In this document: positions 12,258 to 21,297 of the stretch, piece by piece
Layout: every line of letters starts with the position of its first letter
Position numbering within the stretch: the stretch's first letter is position 1
Source: Candidatus Bathyarchaeota archaeon
GTDB lineage: Archaea > Thermoproteota > Bathyarchaeia > Bathyarchaeales > Bathycorpusculaceae
Assembly: GCA_963780185.1 (NCBI GenBank)
Contig: CAWABA010000006.1
Location: 288,001 to 352,000, forward strand
Direction: 5' to 3'
Length of the DNA: 64,000 nucleotides
Notes under the pieces: generated by a model
What the model saw: only the letters and a program-made list of their open reading frames with translations
Told to the model about the DNA's origin: nothing
Database searches by the model: none
Position numbers and translations under genes: made by a program

Positions 12258-12350
12258 GGGTACCCCATATTTACATCAAAAAACCAAGGTAAAAATGGGT
12301 TGGCACAAACCGAGGGAGGGGGTCTACTATTTGTGACCAAAACCCAACAC
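12258..12350 (-). repeat. Dispersed intergenic repeat, copy 1 (downstream of glnA)
   Basis: Reverse complement AGTAGACCCCCTCCCTCGG...CCCATTTTTACCTTGGTTTTTTGATGTAAATATGGGGTACCC closely matches 23560..23722. Confidence 0.85.
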
Positions 12351-12389
12351 AAAAAGCAAACAAAAAAAAGAAAAGAAAGAAACGTCTGG

Positions 12390-13757
12390 TTAGAGCCGTT
12401 TTATGTAGCGGTTGACTTCCCAGTCGGTTACTTGGGTGCGGTACAGGTCCCATTCTCGGCGTTTTTCCCGTAGGAAGTTCTCAAACGCGGTTTCACCCAA
12501 CGTCTCCTTCATCAAATCGCTGGTTTCAAACTCGTCTAGAGCTTCCTGCAGCGACTCGGGCAGCGAAACGATGTTTCGTTCTTTGCGTTCCTCGTAAGTC
12601 ATCTGGTAAACGTTGAGCTCCACTGGGTCGCCTGGGTCAATGCGGTTTCGGATGCCGTCCAACCCTGTTGCCAAAAGCACAGCGAACTGCAGATACGGGT
12701 TGCCTGCGCCGTCTGGGCAGCGGATTTCGCATCGGGCAGCGTTCTTTCTGCCGCCGAAGTTTGGTACTCGGATGAGTGGCGAACGGTTTTTGTGTGCCCA
12801 TGCAAGGTAGACGGGGGCTTCGTAGCCTGGAACAAGCCGTTTGAAGCTGTTTGGCCAAGAATCGAGGACGGCGCACATTTTGCGTCCATGAGCCAGTTGT
12901 CCGCCGATGAAGTTGCGTGCGAGGTCAGAGAGGAAACCGTTTTTCTCATCGTTTGCGAAGAAGAGGTTTTGGGTTCCGTCTTTGCTCCAGAGGCTTTGGT
13001 GAGTGTGCATTCCTGACCCGTTTATGCCGCTGAAGGGTTTAGGCATGTAGGTTGTGATGTAGCCGTTTCTTGCGCCCACAACTTTGCCGCACATTTTCAT
13101 CGTGACTGTTCGGTCGGCGGTTTTGACGGCTTCGTCGTATTTGAAGTCGATTTCGTTTTGTCCCAACGCGACTTCGTGATGGGAAATTTCAATTTCGATG
13201 CCGAAGGCTTCGGCGGTGTCGGCGATTTCTCGACGTAAATCGTCTGTTAAGTCGCCTGGGTGAAAGTCAAAGTACCCAGCCATGTCGATTGGTTTAGGCA
13301 AGACGCCTGCTTCCTCGCTTTCTTTAACAATGAAGAACTCCAGTTCTGGGGCACAGAAAAAGATGTAGCCTGCTTTTGTGGCTTTGTCAACTGCCCGCTC
13401 GAGGACGAAGCGTGGGTCGCCTTCAAACCGCTTGTTTTGGGGGGTGTAGATGTCGCAGATGAGTCTGGCGCTGGATTTTTCTTTGGGACGCCATGGCACC
13501 ACAGCGAAAGTTGTTGGGTCAGGGTACAGCACCATGTCGGATTCTTCGATTGGGCGGTAACCAGTTATGCTGGAGCCGTCGAATGATTGGCCGTTTTCAA
13601 AAATCGTTTCAAGGTTTTTTGAGCTTACGGCTAAGTTTTTGAGCATGCCGTTTATGTCTGTGAATTGAAGCCTGACATATTTGATGTCTTGTTCTTGGAT
13701 TTGCGCAATGACTTTGGTTACGCTTTCTTTCCATGATGCGTCTTTAAAATTTCTCAT
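12390..13757 (-). CDS. glnA: Type I glutamine synthetase (455 aa)
   Basis: FDGSSI, PELEFF, HHEVALGQNEIDF, NGSGMHTHQS, KRLVPGYEAP, NPYL. Confidence 0.93.
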   Translation of the reverse strand: MRNFKDASWKESVTKVIAQIQEQDIKYVRLQFTDINGMLKNLAVSSKNLETIFENGQSFDGSSITGYRPIEESDMVLYPDPTTFAVVPWRPKEKSSARLICDIYTPQNKRFEGDPRFVLERAVDKATKAGYIFFCAPELEFFIVKESEEAGVLPKPIDMAGYFDFHPGDLTDDLRREIADTAEAFGIEIEISHHEVALGQNEIDFKYDEAVKTADRTVTMKMCGKVVGARNGYITTYMPKPFSGINGSGMHTHQSLWSKDGTQNLFFANDEKNGFLSDLARNFIGGQLAHGRKMCAVLDSWPNSFKRLVPGYEAPVYLAWAHKNRSPLIRVPNFGGRKNAARCEIRCPDGAGNPYLQFAVLLATGLDGIRNRIDPGDPVELNVYQMTYEERKERNIVSLPESLQEALDEFETSDLMKETLGETAFENFLREKRREWDLYRTQVTDWEVNRYIKRL

Positions 13758-14028
13758 TTTCCCATTTCACCTTAGCGTTAAGTGCTATTTGCCTGCTGAA
13801 TTAATAAGCGTTTAAGCATAAATATCTTTAACGTCCCAGCTCAGCTTATAAGGGAAATGAACAGTCGTCTATAAATCAACGGTTTTTTTGACAGGTAAAC
13901 AAAGGGCAATGGCGTCTGAGAGTGAACTTTAAAGGAAAAAACGCTAAAATTAAAGATTAAAAAGAAAAAAATTAAGGCAAGATTGAGGTTGACTCAAAGC
14001 TTGCTTGTTTTGCGATTGCGTTGTTTGC

Positions 14029-15498
14029 TTAGTAGTCGAGGTACTTCATTATTTCCCATGGGGAAACGTACAGGCAATACTGGTTCCAATCGTTTGTTTT
14101 GAGTTCGATGAATGCTTCGAACACGTGGTCGCCCATAGCTTCTTTGATGACTGTGTCGCTTTCCATCTCATCTAATGCGCCTTTGAGTGTGGTTGGCAGC
14201 TCTTTTATGCCGAGTTCCTTGCGTTTCATCTTGGTCAGTTTGTAAACGTCTTCGTCCACTGGGTCGCCTGGCTCAATCTTCTTCTTGACGCCGTCTAAGC
14301 CCGCCATCATTATGCATGCGAATGCCAAGTACGGGTTGCATGATGGGTCAACGCCTCGGTATTCAACGCGTTTCTGGGCTGCATGCGAGGGTCCTTTGTA
14401 GTACATGGGTATGCGTGCGAGTGCTGAGCGGTTGGCTTTTGACCACATGACGTAGATTGGGGCTTCGAAGCCTGGAACAAGCCGTTTGTAGCTGCTAACA
14501 GTTGGGCAACACACTGCAGTTAGGGCTTTGGCGTGGGCAAGTATGCCTCCTACGTAGTATCTGCCTGTCTGGCTGAGTTCGCAGTACTCGTCTTTTGCGT
14601 CGTACATGGCGTTTTTGCCGTCTTTCCAAAGGCTTGAGTGAACGTGCATGCCGCTGGCGTTGTCAAGGTAGATTGGTTTTGGCATGAAGGTGGCGATTAA
14701 GCCGCGTTTTTTGGCGATGTTTTTGGCGACGAATTTGAAGAAGAGTGCGCGGTCAGCTGTTTCGAGAAGTTCGCCGTATTTGTAGTCGATTTCTACTTGG
14801 CCCACTGTTGCTACTTCATGGTGATGTTTCTCGATTGTTAAGCCAAAGTTGTCTTCCAGTACCTGTGAAACTTCGTTTCGGTACTCAACGGTTGTGTCTT
14901 CTGGCGGGGTTCGGTAGTAGGCTTCTTTAGGCCGCAGGATGAAGCCGCCGGGCGTTACTTCTGGAGAGTTCGGCACCACACGTGGCGCACCCCATGCGTC
15001 TCCTTCGCCGCTTTTCGGAGCAGCCCAAAGGTCCCATGTCAGCTTGGTTGGGTCGATTGAGGTGAATACGAAGTGTTCAAGTTCAGGCGCGAAAATCCCA
15101 GTGTACCCCATATCCTTAGCGGCTTTAATTGCTCTTTTCGCAACGTAGCCTCTTGGGCAGGTAACGGAGGGTTCTTTTGCTCCTGAAGCTTCCAATGCGT
15201 CGCCCAGAACGATTGCGCTTTTTTGCGTTTCATCGGTTACCCATGGCATTATCGATAAGGTTTTGGCGTCTGGCATGAAGATCATGTCGGATTCTTCGAT
15301 TGATTTGAAGCCGCGAACAGAAGATCCGTCGAAGCCGATGCCGTCGGTGAATGCTGAGCCGCTTATGTATTCTCTGGCTGGTAGAACCATGTCTTGGAGT
15401 ATTCCTCTTACATCGACGAATGCGCTGTGCACCCATCGGATGTTGTTTGATTTGAGAGTTTCAATAGCTTTCTTAACTTCACTCATGATTTTCACCAT
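14029..15498 (-). CDS. glnA: Type I glutamine synthetase, second paralog (489 aa)
   Basis: FDGSSV, HHEVATVGQVEIDY, NASGMHVHSS, YKRLVPGFEAP, RVEYR, NPYL. Confidence 0.93.
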   Translation of the reverse strand: MVKIMSEVKKAIETLKSNNIRWVHSAFVDVRGILQDMVLPAREYISGSAFTDGIGFDGSSVRGFKSIEESDMIFMPDAKTLSIMPWVTDETQKSAIVLGDALEASGAKEPSVTCPRGYVAKRAIKAAKDMGYTGIFAPELEHFVFTSIDPTKLTWDLWAAPKSGEGDAWGAPRVVPNSPEVTPGGFILRPKEAYYRTPPEDTTVEYRNEVSQVLEDNFGLTIEKHHHEVATVGQVEIDYKYGELLETADRALFFKFVAKNIAKKRGLIATFMPKPIYLDNASGMHVHSSLWKDGKNAMYDAKDEYCELSQTGRYYVGGILAHAKALTAVCCPTVSSYKRLVPGFEAPIYVMWSKANRSALARIPMYYKGPSHAAQKRVEYRGVDPSCNPYLAFACIMMAGLDGVKKKIEPGDPVDEDVYKLTKMKRKELGIKELPTTLKGALDEMESDTVIKEAMGDHVFEAFIELKTNDWNQYCLYVSPWEIMKYLDY

Positions 15499-15507
15499 AC
15501 TAAATCA

Positions 15508-15534
15508 TATGTTTTAGATTCCATCTGAAACATA
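15508..15534. promoter_or_regulatory. Inverted repeat between TATA box and start of the second glnA
   Basis: TATGTTTTAGAT-TCC-ATCTGAAACATA (11/12 match); TATA-like CTTATATA at about 15539..15546 on the minus strand. Confidence 0.55.
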
Positions 15535-15677
15535 AACATATATAAGCTTATCTCTTAAAACATTGAATAAACGTTCACCATGGGAAAATAAACGCGGCGC
15601 CTATGGGAGTTCATAACTCTTATGAAGGGGTCATAACACCTCATAACGAAAAAAGCCTAATCTTCACCTTGCGAAGC

Positions 15678-16133
15678 TTATGTTTCTCTGCGCAGGAAAT
15701 CTCCAACATCCAACACGTTTTTAACCGCTACCTTCTCGGTGGCCGCTAAGTCGCCCGCAATCCACCCAAACCCGAGGCACTCGCCAAACTCGTTAAGCAC
15801 CAAAGTAGAATCGCCCCTACGCTTGGAACCCATCACCTTCACCACACCTGACCCGAAGATGTCTCTGCCGCAGATGAAAAGCCAAGCAGCCTTACGATCA
15901 ACAACAACCTTGTTCGCCGCTACAGGCAAAAGCATGTTGAGCAGGTTAAAGCTGGGGAAGAAAACCCCGTTTTTGACTTTGCCAAGGTACAAGCCAGCAT
16001 AGTAGAAGGTGTCTTGCATCTTTTTGAGGCGGGGATTCAGCAGGTAGAACCGTTGGTTTTTCTCAACCGTGAACTCTGGGTTAAAGACGATTTTGGCGCC
16101 CAAACGCACTGCAAAAACCTCAAGCGGCTTCAT
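15678..16133 (-). CDS. NIP7-like ribosome biogenesis protein (PUA domain)
   Basis: YAGLYLGK, AAWLFICGRDIF, VLNEFGECLGFG, DVGDFLRRE. Confidence 0.8.
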   Translation of the reverse strand: MKPLEVFAVRLGAKIVFNPEFTVEKNQRFYLLNPRLKKMQDTFYYAGLYLGKVKNGVFFPSFNLLNMLLPVAANKVVVDRKAAWLFICGRDIFGSGVVKVMGSKRRGDSTLVLNEFGECLGFGWIAGDLAATEKVAVKNVLDVGDFLRRET

Positions 16134-17017
16134 CGCTTAGCCTCCCGTTTGAGTTTGCAGACAAAGAAACCCTGCGTTTCCCCGGGCCAAAGTCTCTTGC
16201 AAAGAGCCATGGTAGCATCGAGTTTTTTGCCGAAAACCTCAGTCAACCCGTTTGATCCTATGCAGTCAACCTTTTGGATTTGAAGTCCCAGGTTTTTGAT
16301 TGCCCAATCCATGTTTAACTCGTCTTCTTCAGGTTCCAGCGAACAGGTGGAGTAGACGATTTCGCCGCCGTCGGCTAAGCATGTTGCTGTTTCCTTCAAA
16401 ATTGCCTTCTGCACTTCAGCGTTGCGTTCAACGTCTTCAAAGGTTCTGCGGTAAAACCACTTGTTGTCGCCTGCAAAGTTGCCCGAGCAGGGAACATCCA
16501 GCAAAATGCGGTCATACTTCCGATTCAACATGCCAGCTTGACGCGCATCAACATTGAAAACGATTGTGTTGCTCACGTGACAACGCTCCAGATGATTAGC
16601 CAACGCGTTCAGCCGCATCTTATTTATGTCCAACGCAGTTATGACGCCGCTGTTTCCCATTATGTCCGAAAGCTGAAGCGTTTTTCCTCCTGGCGCCGCA
16701 CAGGCATCCAGCACCATTTTTCCACCTAAAGCCGTGAAGAGTGAGGCGGGAATTTGGGCGGCTGCCTCCTGAATCGAGTACAACCCGAGCAGGTATTCCG
16801 CTGTGGCGCCGGGGGAAACTTTTGATTTGTTGACCCAGTACCCCGCAGTCAAAAAAGGTATTTTTTCAAGTTCAACTCCTAAGCCGCGGAGCCGCTCGGG
16901 AAGTTTCTTGGCTTTTGCGTTTTGCTGGTTAATGCGTATCGATTGCCGCAGCTGAGTTTCCCTGTAGGTCCAGCCGAGCCGTGCGTAGCGGTCTAGGAAA
17001 AACTGTTTTTGTGACAT
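16130..17017 (-). CDS. RsmB/NOL1/NOP2 family RNA m5C methyltransferase
   Basis: VLDACAAPGGKT, DRILLDVPCSG, IVYSTCSLEPEEDE, QGFFVC. Confidence 0.93.
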   Translation of the reverse strand: MSQKQFFLDRYARLGWTYRETQLRQSIRINQQNAKAKKLPERLRGLGVELEKIPFLTAGYWVNKSKVSPGATAEYLLGLYSIQEAAAQIPASLFTALGGKMVLDACAAPGGKTLQLSDIMGNSGVITALDINKMRLNALANHLERCHVSNTIVFNVDARQAGMLNRKYDRILLDVPCSGNFAGDNKWFYRRTFEDVERNAEVQKAILKETATCLADGGEIVYSTCSLEPEEDELNMDWAIKNLGLQIQKVDCIGSNGLTEVFGKKLDATMALCKRLWPGETQGFFVCKLKREAKR

Positions 17018-17172
17018 TCACTCTACATTGCGGCAAAGGGAATAAAAACTTTGCAGCGGCGCCTGACCCTGCATAATTGCTGGAAGAGTTCCTAAGTCTG
17101 TTTTTACTAGGCATTACTTAGGACATGATATGAAAAAGCATTTGGAGTATAGTATTAGGGGTTGAAGAGTGT

Positions 17173-17373
17173 TTAGAGAGCAGTTTGCTTTCTTAGCGTC
17201 TTTAGTTTTAGTTCCCTTCTTTGGGCTATCTTGGTTCCATATCTTTTCCTAACGTAACTTGTCCTACACTTGTTTGAGTGGTACACTTTTTTTGGATCAT
17301 ACGTTTCAAATACGATGCCACAGTGGCAGGTTCTAATGAGAACTACACTACTTAATCTCTCAAAGTTTTCCAT
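17173..17373 (-). CDS. Small putative zinc-finger protein
   Basis: CHCG...YHSNKC, basic tail, AT-rich context. Confidence 0.6.
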   Translation of the reverse strand: MENFERLSSVVLIRTCHCGIVFETYDPKKVYHSNKCRTSYVRKRYGTKIAQRRELKLKTLRKQTAL

Positions 17374-17662
17374 ATTACGCTACCCAACAATTTTTACATT
17401 CAAGAAACTTGTGAAGAGTCTTATCCACATCGGTATACTCAACGATTAAGATAATAAGTCCTTCTTTTCCATTTACTCGCTATTTTTTTTAGACTCGTTG
17501 TTCATATCTCCATCCCATTAGGATCTAACAAGGCTCTTGCTGCTAAGGCTATTTCTACGCTGTGCAGATCTAACTTATCAAAATTAGAAGAAGAAACCAA
17601 ATATCTTTTGTGCCATGCCAATTAATAACAACCTCAAAGAAAATAATGCCATTTTCTTGTAA

Positions 17663-17821
17663 TTATCTAGAACCTACCTTATGCTTACCTGCCTTATACT
17701 TCCCCATGCCACAATCAAGACACTTAACGACATCTTCATCTTCTTCAAGGCGAGTGCTACCACAATAAGGACACTTTGGATATAAAACGTTATTCAGGTT
17801 TTTCACAGCTTGTTTACTCAC
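17663..17821 (-). CDS. Small zinc-ribbon protein (52 aa, below the ORF-track cutoff)
   Basis: Read manually from GTG: MSKQAVKNLNNVLYPKCPYCGSTRLEEDEDVVKCLDCGMGKYKAGKHKVGSR. Confidence 0.7.
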   Translation of the reverse strand: MSKQAVKNLNNVLYPKCPYCGSTRLEEDEDVVKCLDCGMGKYKAGKHKVGSR

Positions 17822-17870
17822 CTTGTTTGTATCTTAACTACCTTATTTTAGTGTTGGCTATTTCTCCCTC

Positions 17871-18053
17871 CTATTTTTTGGCAGGTGCAATGCGATAGTT
17901 CGCGTATATTTCTGCTTGAGTTAGTCCATAAAACTCTGCATATCCCTGTGTGAGTGTTTTCTTGTTTTCAAGACATTCAGGATTAATGCAGACATACTCG
18001 CCACATACACCCTCTATTCGTTTAAGCATTTGACCACAAGCAGGACATTTCAT
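17871..18053 (-). CDS. Small zinc-ribbon protein
   Basis: MKCPACG...YVCINPEC. Confidence 0.7.
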   Translation of the reverse strand: MKCPACGQMLKRIEGVCGEYVCINPECLENKKTLTQGYAEFYGLTQAEIYANYRIAPAKK

Positions 18054-18332
18054 AATCAGTCAATTCACTTTCTATGCTATGCAGATTTAAGACTTATCAT
18101 CAGTGAAAACTTGCACGCATTGACAACAGAAGATTCAACTTCTCAGCGTCATAAACAGACATTGAGACTTGAAAACCGTATTCTGTTCCATTATGATACT
18201 TGAAAAAAGCTTTAGTGTAGAACTTTGGTATTACAGTCAGAGGAATACACTTGGAGCGGATAAGTGGTTACTGTGCGAATTTGAAGAAAGCTCATTGGGA
18301 CTTTTTTGAGGCGATTGAGGCTTCAAACTCAT

Positions 18333-18545
18333 TTAGGCGTGAACTTCGACGAATTGAACGCCGACAAGTTCGGTGTGTCCTTGGCTTTTTAGTCCTTCAA
18401 CCGCTAAACATGCCTGGATTGCTTCTTTGATTCTTTTCATAACTTCATCAAGGGTTTTAGCTTGGGTATGGCAGCCTGGCAATTCTGGAACTGAAGCGAC
18501 GTAGTATCCGTCTTCATCTTTCTCAACAACAACACCGAATTTCAT
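18333..18545 (-). CDS. hicB: HicB family antitoxin (short form)
   Basis: VVEKDEDGYYVASVPELPGCHTQAKTLDE...IKEAI. Confidence 0.92.
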   Translation of the reverse strand: MKFGVVVEKDEDGYYVASVPELPGCHTQAKTLDEVMKRIKEAIQACLAVEGLKSQGHTELVGVQFVEVHA

Positions 18546-18617
18546 GAGACTACCCGATGTTACGTCAATGGGTAAACTATTACTAAAGGCTTATTGCCCA
18601 ACATCAAACAGAGCGTT

Positions 18618-18645
18618 TGGCCTGCGGGGCGGGATTTGAACCCTC
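18618..18645 (-). mobile_element. tRNA 3'-end fragment (T-arm, acceptor strand, CCA), att-like scar
   Basis: Reverse complement GAGGGTTCAAATCCCGCCCCGCAGGCCA; no matching tRNA 5' half upstream. Confidence 0.65.
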
Positions 18646-18751
18646 AGGGTACAAGTACAAACTTTTTCTAACTTTTAGAAAATTGCCATTTTCAGTAGCG
18701 AGGGGATACATTTTTTAGGTAAGAAAGTAAGATTGTGTTGGGTAAAAATAA

Positions 18752-19042
18752 ATGGCTCAGAATGAAAAGGCTGACCTTACGATTCTCAGCGAAAAAGGCC
18801 AAGTTGTTATACCTGCAAAAATAAGGTCACGAATGGGCTTGAAACCTAAAACAAAATTCCTCGTCTATGAGTGCAATGACTCAGTGATACTGAAGAAGTT
18901 TGAAGAGCCCGACTTATCAAAAGAGCTTGAAGCCATGTACAAAAGAGTCGATGAAAGAATCGCAAAATACGGCGAACTTTCAAACGACGAGATAAACCAA
19001 ATAATCCATGAGCACAGACAAAAGAAAAAGACGCCAAAGTGA
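18752..19042 (+). CDS. AbrB/MazE/SpoVT family antitoxin
   Basis: LSEKGQVVIPAKIRSRMGLKP. Confidence 0.9.
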   Translation: MAQNEKADLTILSEKGQVVIPAKIRSRMGLKPKTKFLVYECNDSVILKKFEEPDLSKELEAMYKRVDERIAKYGELSNDEINQIIHEHRQKKKTPK

Positions 19043-19052
19043 CAAATTAAGA

Positions 19053-19460
19053 ATGAAAGTGCTCCTTGACACAAACGTCTTAGTTTCAGCTTTAATAAAG
19101 CCAGGGAACCCACGTGACCTATTTAACAAATTATCAAAAAATAAACAGATAATTTTGTCCAGAGCCATTCTCGAAGAGTTTCTCGACGTAATCGAGGACT
19201 TTAAGGTAGCAAAATACACAAACGAACAGGACACAACTGTGTTTCTTAAAGCATTAGGAAACGCCGCGACAATAGTGCAGGTGAAATCTAAGTTCAAGGC
19301 TGTGGTGGAGGATCCTGATGATGACATTATTGTGCGAGCAGCTTATGACGGTAAAGCTGACTATATTGTTTCAGGCGACAAGCATCTGCTCGCATTGAAA
19401 GAATCCAAAGGAATCAGAATCCTAACTATTAATGAAATGCTGAATATCCTGAATAGATAG
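19053..19460 (+). CDS. PIN-domain (VapC-like) toxin
   Basis: MKVLLDTNVLVSA, EDPDDD, ADYIVSGDKHLL. Confidence 0.92.
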   Translation: MKVLLDTNVLVSALIKPGNPRDLFNKLSKNKQIILSRAILEEFLDVIEDFKVAKYTNEQDTTVFLKALGNAATIVQVKSKFKAVVEDPDDDIIVRAAYDGKADYIVSGDKHLLALKESKGIRILTINEMLNILNR

Positions 19461-19548
19461 CATTATTTTATACCCTGATGGAAAGGGTGAAACTTCGGGT
19501 TTTTCCGCCTCTCCGTATCGGTGCAATGGGTCGCAAGCTTGGACCTAT

Positions 19549-19591
19549 TGGTGGCTGGCGGGGACAGGTTTGAGCCCTCGTTTGAACCCTC
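19549..19591 (-). mobile_element. Second, more degenerate tRNA 3'-like scar with a duplicated T-arm segment
   Basis: Reverse complement GAGGGTTCAAAC-GAGGGCTCAAACCTGTCCCCGCCAGCCACCA aligns with 18618..18645. Confidence 0.5.
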
Positions 19592-19751
19592 TGGTGGTTA
19601 GTGGCAGGCGCATCGAAGAAAAGCAGAACAACCCGTACTATCCCAAATAATGGAAGCGTCATAGTTTAGTTATTACTTGTGGACACTTTGCATGTGCACT
19701 GTGCTGCTTCAATTTTTATAGTTGAAAACTTACTCGTTATTGGGGAAGCTG

Positions 19752-20847
19752 TTGAAGAATCCTGCCACTTACGTATCCGAAACAGTTTTGGAGAGGGAGG
19801 AGACGAGCTCGGGGGGTTATAGAGGCGTGTAGAACGGAGAACGGGTTCAACGCCAGCACGCAACTGTATCATCAGCTGTGGTTAAGAGATTTAGTTTACT
19901 CGGAAGATGTCCTGCTAGGACTCGGGTACCATAGGGATGTTGAAAATCACTTATCGGAATTCATAAAATTGCAGCGCAGCAACGGGCAAATGCCAACCGT
20001 CATTGATTTCAGCGTCAGCAAATTGATTCGTCAAAGGTTTCAGCGCTGCTCATCCGATGCAGAAATCTTGTTTGTCATAGGGATGCGTAAGTTTGCTGCC
20101 GCTGGAGGCGACAAGTTTTTTGAAGAAAATGGCGCGGCTGTGAAGTCATGCGTTGCGTTCCTTGAGGGCAAGCTGGATGCGCATCGGTTTATCCCTGGCA
20201 TGGATTGGAGGGATGCGATGCCTGTCTACATTGGGAAGTGTCTACTTGCGAACCAGATGCTTCTAGCCGACATGTACGAGTTGCAGGGAAACTTTGCGGC
20301 GGCGAACTTGGTTAAGGAAAATGTGAACAGGCTCTTTTATTTGGGGGAGCTGGGTTGGTATGCCGACGCTGTTTCTTGGGTTGGCGGTGAACTTGTGCAG
20401 GATCGTCATTTTGATTGCTTCGGAAACGCCTTAGCCATCCTCAACGGAACAGCCCCGGAAAAATCTTTCCAAGGTTTCCTTCGGGGTTTTGAAGTTGCAA
20501 AAACAGCTTTCGGCTACAGAAACATCACGCCATACTACGAGTTCGACCGAGAAAAGGCGCTGGCAACATGGTACAGAAAGTGCCGCGTGCCGTTCGGCGT
20601 GTTTCTCAGAAACAGACCGGGCAAATACCAGAACTCCGCGATATGGCCTTTTGTCGAGGTGCGGGTGATTGAGGCGCTACGGAAACTGCATGCCGCTGGC
20701 GAGGCGGAGGCAGCAGCCAGCCTGCTCCTTGGGCGCGAGGGCTTTAGCGAGTATTATGATCCAGCAACGGGGGCGCCTGAGGGCAGCGGGGGGCAGCTTT
20801 GGACAGCAGCGGCGGCGCTTACGGCAATTAACCATGGCAGGTCATGA
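19752..20847 (+). CDS. (alpha/alpha)6 glycoside hydrolase, amylo-alpha-1,6-glucosidase/invertase-like; 5' frameshift, start approximate
   Basis: Upstream in-frame YHQLWLRD; FDCFGNALAIL, YQNSAIWPFV, FSEYYDP...GQLWTAA. Confidence 0.75.
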
Positions 20848-20883
20848 AAACCAAAACCCACGCAAAATCGAACCCGCCGCCGA

Positions 20884-21064
20884 GAAAGTCGCAATGCCCA
20901 TACGCGACAATGCCGTCTATGTTGAGTCAACATGGAAAGTCGCAATCCGCCCATACCAAAGTCGCAACACTCAAGCAGAAACCAAGCCTAAACCAAAAAA
21001 GCAACCCAAAACACAAAGCCCAAAAGCGGAAAGTCGCAACTTTCACCAAAACAAAAGTCGCAAC
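20884..21064 (+). repeat. Five direct copies of AAAGTCGCAA in an A/C-skewed intergenic tract
   Basis: Copies start near 20885, 20936, 20958, 21030 and 21054. Confidence 0.8.
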
Positions 21065-21297
21065 AAAAAAATATCTGCAAAACCCTAAAAAACCGCAAAC
21101 CCAAAAACAGCCAACCCAATTGAAAACCAAACCCGCAGAACCCAACTTTTTCAGCAAAGCTTGCCATAAAGTTAATAGGCTACAAATTCACTTTCCATGT
21201 CAGTTCATCAATTTCGAGTGTTTATAAAAATGCTGCAAATATCCAAAAAAAGATGCTTCAAAGTATTAAATTCATTCAAAATGGAGTTTGAATAATT

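Noticed and set aside
19470-19550. Hairpins with CTGATGG...GAAAC resembling a hammerhead ribozyme or other ncRNA
   Set aside because: Core CUGAUGA is not matched and the stems do not form the three-way junction; no RNase P or SRP signature
19549-19660. Full tRNA with a T-loop intron
   Set aside because: No D-arm, anticodon arm or complementary acceptor strand; the extra bases are a tandem duplication
20884-21064. CRISPR array
   Set aside because: Repeats are only 10 bp with irregular spacing and no cas genes; no CRISPR seen in the window
20844-21227. 127-aa Lys/Pro/Gln-rich ORF
   Set aside because: Explained by A/C low-complexity DNA that lacks stop codons; no protein motif
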